Positions 11,951 to 25,470 of a stretch of DNA of 63,667 bases are shown piece by piece. Below the pieces are notes generated by a model. That model did no database searches, was not told where the DNA came from, and saw nothing but the letters and a program-made list of their open reading frames with translations. Made by a program: the position numbers and the translations under genes. The number at the start of each line of letters is the position of its first letter. The first letter of the stretch is position 1. Source of the stretch: Octopus bimaculoides. Its lineage: Eukaryota. The stretch lies in NCBI RefSeq assembly GCF_001194135.2, contig NC_068989.1, positions 63,278,595 through 63,342,261 of the forward strand, written 5' to 3'.

Positions 11951-13698
11951 TAAAAAATCGTTTCATCTCCTTGTTTAAATATCAACTTCATACCATATTT
12001 GCTAAACCTCGTGTCTTGTATTTAGTATGAGCTTCACTTCTCCATTCCCCGTGTGAACTCGAATAAAGAAAATGTTGTCTGTATTCGGAAAAAAACTTTC
12101 GTTTTACAAGTAATCAGTAGTTTTCACATGATGTTCATTAATAGAGAGAGGACATATTTATTTGTATAGAATATCTGTTCATTGAACACGGGCGAATATT
12201 ACCTTGTTGATTGCAAGATATTATCTTTTGCCTCCTGCTCCACACAAATCCAGAAAGCCTATGGTGAGAGGATTTCTTCTTTGTTACCTAGAATTACGAT
12301 ATCATTTTATAGAAGTATGATGAAGTATTTTTACGAAGAGTGTGCTTGCCTAATATTTCTAATAGCATGATCCAAAAGGTAGATACACTATTTTTGATTC
12401 AATCTATTATTTCTTGATCAGATAAGATGGTTCCCTTTTTTTTTTCTTCTAGAAAATATGGCCTGGAGAACATAATGTTCATTATACATTTTTACAAGAC
12501 TCGTTAATTCATAGAACATGTATCTGTCTTATCCATTCCAATAAATTTCCTAAACAAAATTGATACTTCTAATGAAATGATCTCATTCCATTCCATAAGA
12601 CTGACTGGAAACATTTTATATTTCTGCATTTACAGTATTAATTAATTTAGGAATCTAGATTTTGAATAAAAACAATGTGCTATCTGTGAATTTTCTATCA
12701 TTATATAAAAAAAAAGAAATGGTGATTTTTGTCATGAATTTATCTCGGTAATTAATAACGATCAAATGGCTGGTTTCTCTTGCAAATATCATAACTTTGT
12801 TACCAATGCTTGACTGAAATATAATCATGCACAGCACGTCTCCTAACTGACTGAAAGTACTATTTTCTGATTGATTCTGTATCTATGTTAATTATTTCTC
12901 CCAAATCCGAAATCATTTCAATTTGTCACACATCTTCGTTTCTGATGTTTTTAATCTTCACACATTGCCGTAGACACACAAAGATTAAATTTACTTTTTC
13001 TTGTGATGTATTGACATCTATATTCACACAGACACAAACACACATAAGCACCCACACGCAGACACAGACACACATAAGCACCCATGCGCAGACACACACA
13101 GACAGGCATACAAATCTACGCATACATCCATATGTGCATGACCATACATACGTATGTGCACGGAGGGATAAAGCTAATACACATATAAGCGTATATATAC
13201 ACATATGTGTGTGTTTTTTAATGTATATATGCACATATGTTTGAGTATTTGTATGCATGTTCGTTCTTTCGGGAACTGTTGTAAGTGCGTAATAGCTTGT
13301 ATATGATTAATAAGCGTTTTATTACTAAAATCACTAGGCTTTTTCGCCTGACTCATATTTCAAGCGGAAATAACTGCACTTTCATAATTACTCTACATAT
13401 ATGGTACCCAAGATGCTCTCCTGTAAACCCAGGAAGTTGGATGCATCACTGATTACATAACATGCCATTGAGAGTAACGGGCATCTTTACCTATTTATCG
13501 ACACGCACACATGTAAATAAACATGAACACTCGCATTTATAGGCATACGTGTGTGTGTGTGTGTGTGTGTGTAGTGAGAGAATAAACAGATGTCAGACAG
13601 AGAGATACACTTGCAAACAGAAATATACAGATACATGTAGTTATGTACGTGTTTCAGTCTATGGGCATATGCATGTGCACATAGTTGCGTGCGTGCGC

Positions 13699-13746
<48 letters not shown>

Positions 13747-14559
13747 GCGTGTGTGTGTGTGTGTGAGTGTAAGGGGAATATCTCTGCACCTGTCTGCATT
13801 AAAGAAAAAATGGATGCTTCCCTACACTTTGTATTTTCTGTATGTTCCTGTTCTGGGGTTTCTTTTCGTTCTATTATCTTTCCCTTTGGTACATTAAGCA
13901 ATGATTTGCCACTGTCTACCAATAATATCACTCCCTCCCTATCTCACTCTCCCTCTTTCCGCATCTCTATCTCTATATACGTATACATGCATACATATGA
14001 ATATGTATATATGTGTGTGTGGGGGGGGGGGTTATTCATTCAGAATATATATTTAACAAAATTTATACGTACGTATATATATGCACACACAGACAAATAC
14101 ACACTCACTCAACCACACACACACGTGCACACATATGTAGCTCAACTTCTCTATCTGTCTATCGCTCCGACGAATATTTAATAGCGAAGTCAAAACTTTT
14201 TATATTACTTAGCGAAAGCCCCGGTCGCATCAAGCACCTCTTCATTTGCATGCTATTTTAGAATACTCTCCCTTCTTTCTCTCTTATTATCCTACATTTT
14301 TCCGTTCCATTAAGACCGACGACCTAATTTAGCGTTTTATATGTATTACTTATCTCAGTATTCATCACCATTAACCTTTTACTGTGCAACAGAACATTAA
14401 GCATGCAATTCTACATCCGGACCATTACTAACTGTTACATTACCAGATACGATCTAAAAGAAGAAATATTCTTGGAAACATCTATGAGAAATAGAAAAAT
14501 CGCATTTGCTGTAAAATTGTATGTTTTGGACTTTATATATATATATGTATTTATATATA

Positions 14560-14647
<88 letters not shown>

Positions 14648-14651
14648 TAGT

Positions 14652-14710
<59 letters not shown>

Positions 14711-15022
14711 GTACACAGACACATGATATTTAAGAATAGTTTAACTCGATTCCATGCAACTTGAAATTTTGTAGGCACGTGAAACGAACCTATCTTTAGA
14801 TAGTTTACAGAGATCGAATTTGGATCTCTACAAGCCCGACTAAAAGTTAGGTAGCGTGATGCAGAGTGAAACTGTTATTAAATAATTGATATGATATATG
14901 TGATGCGAATTAAATGTGTTGAGTACCACTTTCTTTCATTTGTCAAGTCAGCCGTACACATACATGCATTCACGTATAAATACATATATATACAGAAAGA
15001 GATATACATTTTCATGCGTGTG

Positions 15023-15071
<49 letters not shown>

Positions 15072-15227
15072 GTGTGTGTGTGTGTGTGCGTCTGTATGGA
15101 AGTATATCTGTGAGTGTCTTTGTATCGAACAGACATTTTAATCTCCGAATTTTGCAATACCACTTCTATAGTTGAAATGTATACAACTTTACATATGTTT
15201 GATAGTATTACATCAGCTTTGTTATGT

Positions 15228-15296
<69 letters not shown>

Positions 15297-15300
15297 CATA

Positions 15301-16185
15301 CGAGGGCTGTTTATTAAAGTTCTCCCCTGACCCACTTCCGATTATTGCGAGAAACGGAACTTTTAGAGGTGTAAATCCTCCCTGTCTCTACGTGTCACAT
15401 TGTAAATTTCAGGTTTCCACTTCTATTCGTTTGTCTTTCTTCACGTAATGAAGTGGACTAATGTGTTATGATAGAGGCTGTTGAATGCAGATCAGTGATC
15501 ACGTTTTTTTATATTCGAAAGGTCGACATCAAAAGAGACTTTTGATGAGATGAAAAAAGTTTATTATGACAATGCACCCTTATACGACGTAGACAAACAC
15601 TGGCATCGCCAGTTCAAATGTGGTCGGACATCAGTGGAAACTGCTACCATTTCTGGACGAACACATTCCGCTATTGATGATGGCACCAACCACAAATTGG
15701 AATCCGGCATTTCGGAGGATCACCGCATAACTATTCGATTAGTAACCCAAAAGTGAAGATAAATGTAGGGTCTATGGAAAAAAATCCTTCACGACCATTT
15801 TCACATGCAGAAGTCGTCGGCACGAAGGATTTCCTGGATGCTCACACATTTCAGAAGCAGGAACGCGTTAAATGCTCCCCATCTCTTTTGGTAATGTGCT
15901 AAGAAAACGAGGGGGACATTTTGGGCAGACTAATCACACAGGATGAAATATGGGTCCATCAACATGCTCCCGAGATAAAGTCCAGTCGAAGCAATGAAAG
16001 CATAATAACTCACCACCTCCAAAGAAGACTCGTGTCCAACCCTCAGCAAGCAAGGTGATGCTCACAGTCTTTTGCGACCAACACGAGGTAGTGATGATAT
16101 ATTTTCTGGCAAAAGGCACCACAATTAACGGGACATAATATGCATCTCTGCTGCAGAAATTGCAGTACGCCATGATAGAAGAAAT
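15301..16185 (+). mobile_element. mariner transposon, 3'-truncated relic
   Basis: TA|CGAGGG terminus; MKKVYYDNAP..WHRQFKCGRTSVE..SGRT..DHRITIR; KSSARRISWMLT; ITQDEIWVH; KVMLTVFCD; KGTTINGT*YASLL. Confidence 0.9.
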
Positions 16186-16585
16186 AATAAAAATTATTAG
16201 AATTGGGAATCAAATGTGAAAATATTTCCAAGGGGCTAGCGGAGGGCGGTCTTTCTGCTGGTGTATGTAATTTACGTGTGCATAAATATAATATATATTT
16301 AAGTATATAAAGTGTAGTAGACACATGGTAACATATTCAAAATTACATGAATTATATATTTTACTAGTATGCTTAATATTTCACATTAAATTGAGTGATG
16401 TTTTGTCCAAAATTTCCTGATAATATGAGACAAGTTTGATATATTGAGACAAAATGTAATAAGCTAAATATAGAAAAGATATCGGGCTATTTTGATGACG
16501 AACATTGTCATGTATATACCAGATGATGAATTTATTTCTTTTTTGTACAAGACATATGCTCATATATATATGTACACAAATATAT

Positions 16586-16620
<35 letters not shown>

Positions 16621-16677
16621 NNNNNNNNNNNNNNNNNNNNNNNNNNNNNNNNNNNNNNNNNNNNNNNNNNNNNNNNN

Positions 16678-16732
<55 letters not shown>

Positions 16733-17677
16733 AATAGATAGATAGATAGATAGATAGATATACATATATATATACATACATGTGTAATTTATGTATATAT
16801 GTATGTGTGTATATATGTATATATGTATGTATGCATATATATGTATGCATATCTATAACAAGTCTTGTACATATTCTCTTCTGGCATTGTCTGACTATAT
16901 CTGCGTTCGTGTATTTATATATGTTTAGATTTATTTAAATATTCATTTATGTCAATGTACCTGGGGGGCTTTATTTTAAGTGGCAAACTCGTCCTCTGCT
17001 TAATTACACTGTATTGATTGGTTTCATATGACGAAGAGCTACCAATTGAATTCCTACATCTGTTTCATGTTGGGTATAGCAAGGGATTTTTGATATTTCG
17101 TTTTTTCTTCTGAAAAATTAACTATATTATTTAACCTACGTAGAAATTGGATACAGCGTACAAACGCACCGTAGCCTTAAAAGGTGGAAATATTGCATCA
17201 TCTTAATATATAAGAATTGTGAATATTAACGTCGGAATAAATATTCTGATGTACATTATAGTACAGAACAGTTTGAGAAATAATTTTATACGCAAGGAAA
17301 ATTGAAAGGTGATACACACACTCACACACTGTTGTGTGTCTGCACGCGCGTGCGTGTGTGTGTAGAGATACAGACACACACAATCACGTGTGCGGAACAT
17401 TAAATCATAAACACTAAAAACAGAATTCTAACACCACACAATGATCCAACAGTGAAAACAGTATTTCATACAGCCGCCTCTATTAATTTTAGCCGATGGT
17501 TTTTAAATTAAAAGAAAATGAACTTTTGAACTGTCAAATGAAATCAATTTCATAATAAAAAGGAACGCATTAATGCTACGTAAGTGTGTATGTGTATGTA
17601 ATAGCTATTAACATTTGGTATACATACAGACATGCATACATACATATATCTGTATATTCATAATACATATATACATA

Positions 17678-17720
<43 letters not shown>

Positions 17721-18393
17721 NNNNNNNNNNNNNNNNNNNNNNNNNNNNNNNNNNNNNNNNNNNNNNNNNNNNNNNNNNNNNNNNNNNNNNNNNNNNNNNN
17801 NNNNNNNNNNNNNNNNNNNNNNNNNNNNNNNNNNNNNNNNNNNNNNNNNNNNNNNNNNNNNNNNNNNNNNNNNNNNNNNNNNNNNNNNNNNNNNNNNNNN
17901 NNNNNNNNNNNNNNNNNNNNNNNNNNNNNNNNNNNNNNNNNNNNNNNNNNNNNNNNNNNNNNNNNNNNNNNNNNNNNNNNNNNNNNNNNNNNNNNNNNNN
18001 NNNNNNNNNNNNNNNNNNNNNNNNNNNNNNNNNNNNNNNNNNNNNNNNNNNNNNNNNNNNNNNNNNNNNNNNNNNNNNNNNNNNNNNNNNNNNNNNNNNN
18101 NNNNNNNNNNNNNNNNNNNNNNNNNNNNNNNNNNNNNNNNNNNNNNNNNNNNNNNNNNNNNNNNNNNNNNNNNNNNNNNNNNNNNNNNNNNNNNNNNNNN
18201 NNNNNNNNNNNNNNNNNNNNNNNNNNNNNNNNNNNNNNNNNNNNNNNNNNNNNNNNNNNNNNNNNNNNNNNNNNNNNNNNNNNNNNNNNNNNNNNNNNNN
18301 NNNNNNNNNNNNNNNNNNNNNNNNNNNNNNNNNNNNNNNNNNNNNNNNNNNNNNNNNNNNNNNNNNNNNNNNNNNNNNNNNNNNNNNNNNNNN

Positions 18394-18455
<62 letters not shown>

Positions 18456-19360
18456 TTTCAGATACGTATAGATTTATAAATCCTAGATAACAAGAGATAT
18501 TAGCTGGTTATACCTGCATATATTTATAACGATTAAATTACAACGTTATGTTGAATTATTCAAATTTATTGCCAATAGGATATATATTAACTTTCTTTAA
18601 ACAATTTTGTAGAATTTAGAAAAAAAAAATGTAATATCTCTATGGACAGTAATTGAGAGAGAGGCTAGTAACTTAATATTGGCAAATATTGAATTTATGG
18701 GATAGACTTTGAAGTTTGTTTGATATTTCTTCTTTCTATGGTAAATACTAAAGTTTAACATGTATTAAAGTGTTATTCTCCAGGGTATTTCTGAAAATGA
18801 GACAGAGGTTGTAAATATCGATTCTAAGAACATTTATAGTCATTTAATTTACGTGTATAAAAATGTAATGTTTTCGCTAGTAATTGCTTTAGCTAGTCTC
18901 ACATAACTAGCTAAATCAGAAAATAGCGTGATGTTAATGGAGAAGAAAGTAAATTTGTTTAAACATGGTTTCTGTAACTTAAAACTTTTTTTTTACCAAC
19001 GAAACTTTTGTTTGAATACTTAGTATAAGACGAAGTATTTGCATAGATACATACATACATACGTACGTACATACATACATACATACATACATACATACAT
19101 ACATGCATATATATATATAAATATATATATATATATNNNNNNNNNNNNNNNNNNNNNNNNNNNNNNNNNNNNNNNNNNNNNNNNNNNNNNNNNNNNNNNN
19201 NNNNNNNNNNNNNNNNNNNNNNNNNNNNNNNNNNNNNNNNNNNNNNNNNNNNNNNNNNNNNNNNNNNNNNNNNNNNNNNNNNNNNNNNNNNNNNNNNNNN
19301 NNNNNNNNNNNNNNNNNNNNNNNNNNNNNNNNNNNNNNNGATACATATATACATACATTT

Positions 19361-19516
19361 TCTACTCTAGGCACAAGGCCCGATATTTTGGGTGGGGGGC
19401 CACTCGACTAGGTCGACCTCAGTACGCAACTGGTATTTTATTTTATCGACCCTGAAAGGATGAAAGGTGAAGATGATCTTAGTGGAATTTGAACTCAGAA
19501 CATAAAGACTGACGAA
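19361..19516 (-). mobile_element. SINE, AGCTGGCAG-head family, 5'-truncated
   Basis: Reverse complement of the central and tail blocks: GGCACAAGGCC..CAACTGGTA..TATCGACCCTGAAAGGATGAAAGG..AATTTGAACTCAGAAC. Confidence 0.85.
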
Positions 19517-19599
19517 TATATATATATATATATATTCGTTTCGGCCATCATCGGCCATTATCGGCCGAGGCCATGACTAACTTAATAGCACCACATGGA

Positions 19600-20636
19600 A
19601 AAGTCTTTTAGTTAATTATTTCGGGATACCATGGACCACTCAAGCAGATAGTGGTTGAGGCGTATCCAAGTGTAAGTGGTCTATCCGGTATTTCCTGGAG
19701 GAATTTGTCCAGGTACTGTTTGAAAGTTGTGGGGGGTCTTCTACTTTATTTTCTTTCTGGATAACATCGAAAAGTGCAGGATCTTTTGCAGTGAAGCAAT
19801 TGTGTCGTAATGTTCTTATGTGATCTCGACCTTTGTAGGGGACGCATTGCACGGGGGCCTAATACTGGGTGAATTGTAAACATAACACTGATATCATTTG
19901 GATAATATTGGTTGCTCTTTTCCATATGAGGCAAGTAATGTATCGCTCGGCGGCGTTGCAGAGAACAGACTTTCAGCTGTTTAAGTCGAGCCCAATAATC
20001 AAGTCCCATCTTGCTATTTCGTTCTTTTTTTGTGCGTGTGTGTGTGTGATTGATCTTTGTGGCGCTTCGATCCTCATTATGTCTTGTTTTTTTTGTATTT
20101 TTTTTTTGTAGGGGGACCACAATGGGCAGCAGCATTCGAGGTGAGGCCTAGCGAATGTGGAGAAGAGAAGGATGATGGTTTCATGATTCCTAGTTTGGTA
20201 ATTTCTGAGGATCGATGAGCACATTCTGCGGGTGACATCGACTTTTTTGTTGATGTGCACACTCCAACTAAGGTTGCTGTGGACAGTTACGCCTAAGTCT
20301 CTAATATTATCCGACGATTCAAGTAGGTCTCCTGACGGTAGTGTATATGATTGTTTGAGTGAGTCCTCTCTTCCAAAGCGGATGAGCTCAAATTTTTCTT
20401 CGTTCAACTGCATATTGTTTTTTTTTGTTTTTTTTTTTGTGTGCCCACTTGGTTACTGCGCATAGGCCCGATTAAAGCATTGTTCGATCATATGCTCCAT
20501 TAATGATTTTCAGGAGCTTAGAGTCGTCTGTAAATATTTTTATGCTGCCATGTTCAATGAAATCTGCAATGTCATGGATATAAACAATACAAAGAAGTAG
20601 ATCCAGCACGGCAGCCTGCGAGATTCCGTGCAAAAA
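19600..20636 (-). mobile_element. CR1-like LINE, 5'-truncated RT C-terminal half
   Basis: GISQAAVLDLLL..YIHDI..FTDDSKL (cf. GVPQGSVLGPLLF..YIND..FADDSKL); MQLNEEKFELIRFG; IRDLGVTV..NLSW..HI; ARPHLECCCPLWSPY; IEAPQR; LDYWARLKQL..SLQRRR. Confidence 0.9.
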
Positions 20637-21058
20637 TGTACACACACACACACACACACACACATACACACACACACACACACACACANNNNNNNNNNNN
20701 NNNNNNNNNNNNNNNNNNNNNNNNNNNNNNNNNNNNNNNNNNNNNNNNNNNNNNNNNNNNNNNNNNNNNNNNNNNNNNNNNNNNNNNNNNNNNNNNNNNN
20801 NNNNNNNNNNNNNNNNNNNNNNNNNNNNNNNNNNNNNNNNNNNNNNNNNNNNNNNNNNNNNNNNNNNNNNNNNNNNNNNNNNNNNNNNNNNNNNNNNNNN
20901 NNNNNNNNNNNNNNTATATATATATATATATATATATATTTGTATGTATGTATGTATGTACCAGCATATTCTGCCAAGCTGATCGTCTTGCAGTTTATTA
21001 TATCATGTTGTACATTTAGTGAAGAAGTACGATAGCGAAAACAAGCGGCCTAAATATT

Positions 21059-21136
<78 letters not shown>
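21059..21136. repeat. (GATA)n tract abutting the Tx1 LINE 3' end
   Basis: Directly visible, about 19 units. Confidence 0.95.
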
Positions 21137-21137
<1 letters not shown>

Positions 21138-22982
21138 GTTAATTTGTTAGGCAGACAGGGAAGAACATAGAGGGAAAAATATAATGTAGAGCATTTCTTT
21201 TCGAAAAAAAAAAGGTGGGGAGAAAAATAGAATGCCGCTCAAAAGGGATCGTGTATAACAGAAAATATCATAAATATAAAAAACAGATTAGATTTATCCG
21301 TGGAAAGAAACGCATACGGAAAAGACCACGATAACCTCAAGCACAGAAGCAAAAAACACATGAGTNNNNNNNNNNNNNNNNNNNNNNNNNNNNNNNNNNN
21401 NNNNNNNNNNNNNNNNNNNNNNNNNNNNNNNNNNNNNNNNNNNNNNNNNNNNNNNNNNNNNNNNNNNNNNNNNNNNNNNNNNNNNNNNNNNNNNNNNNNN
21501 NNNNNNNNNNNNNNNNNNNNNNNNNNNNNNNNNNNNNNNNNNNNNNNNNNNNNNNNNNNNNNNNNNNNNNNNNNNNNNNNNNNNNNNNNNNNNNNNNNNN
21601 NNNNNNNNNNNNNNNNNNNNNNNNNNNNNNNNNNNNNNNNNNNNNNNNNNNNNNNNNNNNNNNNNNNNNNNNNNNNNNNNNNNNNNNNNNNNNNNNNNNN
21701 NNNNNNNNNNNNNNNNNNNNNNNNNNNNNNNNNNNNNNNNNNNNNNNNNNNNNNNNNNNNNNNNNNNNNNNNNNNNNNNNNNNNNNNNNNNNNNNNNNNN
21801 NNNNNNNNNNNNNNNNNNNNNNNNNNNNNNNNNNNNNNNNNNNNNNNNNNNNNNNNNNNNNNNNNNNNNNNNNNNNNNNNNNNNNNNNNNNNNNNNNNNN
21901 NNNNNNNNNNNNNNNNNNNNNNNNNNNNNNNNNNNNNNNNNNNNNNNNNNNNNNNNNNNNNNNNNNNNNNNNNNNNNNNNNNNNNNNNNNNNNNNNNNNN
22001 NNNNNNNNNNNNNNNNNNNNNNNNNNNNNNNNNNNNNNNNNNNNNNNNNNNNNNNNNNNNNNNNNNNNNNNNNNNNNNNNNNNNNNNNNNNNNNNNNNNG
22101 TGCAGAACGGTTTCGTCGCTCTGACCGCACCTCGGGGAAGTTGGTCCGGTGTGTCTCGAACCGTGCCTGTAGAGCTTATCCCCAAGGGGCAATCCCGATA
22201 GGACTGCCATACCAGGGATCTCTATGGTTGTCCATAGGTCCCGGCCCGAAAGTTGTCCTGAACAGGCGGCTCAGGTGTTCCTAGTCGACGCCCAGATTCT
22301 ACCCGAGAACGTCGTCGCATCTCCTCTCCACTAATCTTCTATAGAACGCATTTGTGGAAATGAAGACGCACAAGTTTGGTCCTGGACGACAGATACGCTT
22401 GAGAGCAAGTTGACACTCGCGGTGCCATTCGCCTAGCCTCGGTCTCTGTATGATCCACGACTGCATTTCGGACGAAGAGACAAACTGCGGGAAAGCGCGT
22501 TGCACAAACGGTGACCCCACTTGTTCACCGTCGTCTATGAAGTGCCGGAGATGTCGCAGTCTGAGTGCATGTCTGCGCATTATCAACCATGGCATACCCA
22601 GCCAGCCCTTCATTTATTGGTTGTTGACAGCAAATGGATCGCTTAACCATCAGAACGCTTCTCTTCCACAAACAGCGAAATAGTATGCGTTCTAGTTTGG
22701 TGATGTTAGAGTCGGGACAAGGTACGACAGTCAGACGGTAATCGCTGACGGATGAGACGTGCGCGCTCGTCACCTACACCCGATCTTTTAGGGATAGCTT
22801 CCTCTCGGCCCATTGCTGGGTGGCAGTGGCCAGCCTGCTTCTTATCTCGCCCCAGTTCTTCTGGTGACATAACGAACCATACTCGGAGCAATTTAACCGG
22901 TCCGTCGGTCCAGCGTCCCGCGATAGGGACGCTGTTGGATGGCATGGGCTTGCTTGTCAACGTGCCGAGCTGCAAACCCACT
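21137..22982 (-). mobile_element. Tx1-clade (L1 group) LINE, 5'-truncated, spanning an N-gap
   Basis: Minus strand WTDGPVKLL.VWF; YRLTVVPCPDSNITKLERILFRCLWK; GLGMPWL.MRRHALRLRHL; LPLGDKLYRHG..SPRCGQSDETVLH zinc knuckle; 3' UTR at 21137-21364. Continuity across the gap is inferred. Confidence 0.8.
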
Positions 22983-23023
22983 GATAGATAGATATGTAGA
23001 GAGATAGACAGATAGATAGATAG

Positions 23024-23262
23024 ATTTCCTTATTAGCCATACAAGGTTCGACACAGCGAGGACAATACAATGTAGAGTTTTTCTTTTCTAGGTGGGGCAA
23101 AGGCAAACAAAAAAAAAATAGTGACAACGATCAAAAGGGATCGAAGTCGTTTGGGACGTAAAAATAAATCACAATGGTAGTATAAAAAAAACAGAGTTCC
23201 CAAAAGTGGGGAGGTTTATCCGTGGAAAGAAAATCCTACGAAAAGACCACGGTAACCTCGGG
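23024..23262 (-). mobile_element. Second 3' end of the same Tx1 family
   Basis: Shares AATGTAGAG, AAAAGGGATCG and TTTATCCGTGGAAAGAAA..AAAGACCACG.TAACCTC with 21137-21340; abuts (GATA)n at 22983-23024. Confidence 0.75.
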
Positions 23263-24116
23263 CAATAATGTAATACTAAAACACATTACAGTAAGTTCCT
23301 CTTTTCTTCCCCCTTTCTTCTGGGTTCATGCGATTATGCTCAATATGGCTCCGTCATTCACACGTGACATCCTTGCTACATTCACCCATTTTTTATTGAC
23401 ACATTCACTAGACAAAACTTCCCTCTCTACTCTCGCCTTCCTTTTCAAGTGATACTTGAAGAAGTTGATGTGAGATTGACCAGAGAAGAAAGTGTTTGTC
23501 TCTAGGCCTTTGTCGGTAAGACAGGTAGTACTTGTAGCAGCAGAAGTTGTAGTAGTGGTGTTGGTGTTGGCAGCAATGTCTTTGGTAGAAGTCATGGTGG
23601 ACGGCTTTGCGATATTTTTATTTTTGTTATTGGTGGTGGTGGTGGTGGTGGTGGTGGTGTTGGTGGTGGTAGTATTGGCATCAGCAGCATTAACATTGAC
23701 ATTTGTACTTGTTTTTAATTTTTTTCTTTTCTATCTTTTTCTCAGTGTATGTATCTGTGTGTGAAATATTCACTTAAGGTAGCGGGAGGCTACGAAATTC
23801 TACGTCATGCGTTTCTCCGTGGAGACTAGCGTTTGGCGTAAGAGGAACATTCTCTTCATGGTCCGATGTCACCATCTCCTAAAAGAAACTGGCTAAGAAA
23901 GCCGAAGACTGACTATGAAAATTTTGGAAATTTCGCCCACAAAGGGCGAATTTCCTATGAAAATATGCAGCAAACTTAAAAGAGTATGCTGTTAGACTAC
24001 TTTTACACAAAAAAATATTTAACAATAAAAACTTTTAAACCACAAAATGCGCAACGTACGTGCAGCCGATTTAACTACAGTCAGTGCATCAGATAGATAT
24101 ATAGATAGATAGATAA

Positions 24117-24185
<69 letters not shown>

Positions 24186-25345
24186 GATATAACGAGTAGA
24201 TTGCAATAGGTTTATGCGAAACTGTTCTGTGGCCAAAAATATCCCATTAAATGTCTTTATACCTGTTACGAAAGACTTGTCGTTGATTTGATGTTGTAGC
24301 ATCTCACCTTTTTATTGATGTAAATACTCTTTATCAAATTCTAGGAAAGGTTATGGTTATTAAATTAATTACCCGAGCTTTTCAAACACATACATAGCAT
24401 ATATTAATGCATATATATTTTTTTATAGACATTAAACTCCTTGTTAAATATAACAAATAAAATACACAGTACACTACACAATTGCAATATAATATTCATA
24501 AATTCTGCTTGAATTTTAAATGCAAGTCACGGTGAAGCATTAAATATTTAAGAAAATATGAGCTTTCGTTGCATATTGATATTTTCTTTTGAATTTTATC
24601 GCTTCGGGCATGATTGGCCAACATATAAGTAGCTATGTTTATTGTGAACATAATTTCTTTAGCAATTAATTACAAACTGGTAAATTAATAGCTTGCCTCT
24701 GTGCTTTAATATCGATGGTATAATTGCGTTTTGGACTATCATTTTTGTCACGTAATTACTGTAGAGCAACGTAAATGTTGACAAATTTTCGAAATGGTTT
24801 TGTTCCGTTTCTATAGTGCAATAAGAATATCTACTTTCAACGTTTAAAATATGCATGCAATTATATATCTAATATCAACTACGAGTAAGGTTGCCTCGAA
24901 TTCCCTGCTCTTATACTCATTTATCTCTAAGCATAGCAAAATAATTCATTTAGTGGAAATATTGAACATAAAATAAAAAGGAGTTTATCGTTGGCACAAT
25001 TCATGCTTTCAGGGACACACGCTATTCTTTCTGGTAAATTAAATTCAATCTTGCCTTCATATGCAAAGTTTCTCCTCTCCATCTCTTCAAATTCACTTTC
25101 AGTTAATTTTCATTCTTTTTCCATTAAGTATTTCCCTTATACACCAGTTCTAGACGAACTTTGATTATCTGCATGAGCCAAGACTTATTTAACGATTTAA
25201 GACAACTATCTGCGTCAACGACCTCTCGTAGTTTGCGCAAAGACATTTCCATTCTTCCCGAGCGTTAAACTAACACACCTGCTTCTTGTTCTTACAACTG
25301 TCTTTGTCTTTTGTTTTCTGTAAATTTGAAATATATATATATATA

Positions 25346-25470
25346 TCTATACTATAAAAGGCAGAGTTTCTCTGTGTGTGTGTATGTTTAAAATTCATAC
25401 ATTTACACAATTCCAAATTTCTTCGATTAAACAATCGCAATTAATATTCTAAATACAATAAGTTAGGTCA
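25346..25470 (+). mobile_element. Probable Helitron 5' terminus
   Basis: A|TCTATACTATAAAAGGCAGAG follows the Helitron A|TC insertion rule and the common TCTATACTA start, followed by a short GT repeat. No 3' CTRR end or hairpin was identified before the gap. Confidence 0.45.

Noticed and set aside
24920-25110. Minus-strand peptide LTESEFEEMERRNFAYEGKIEFNLPERIAC
   Set aside because: Protein-like but with no splice signals and no family I recognise; it needs a BLASTX search.
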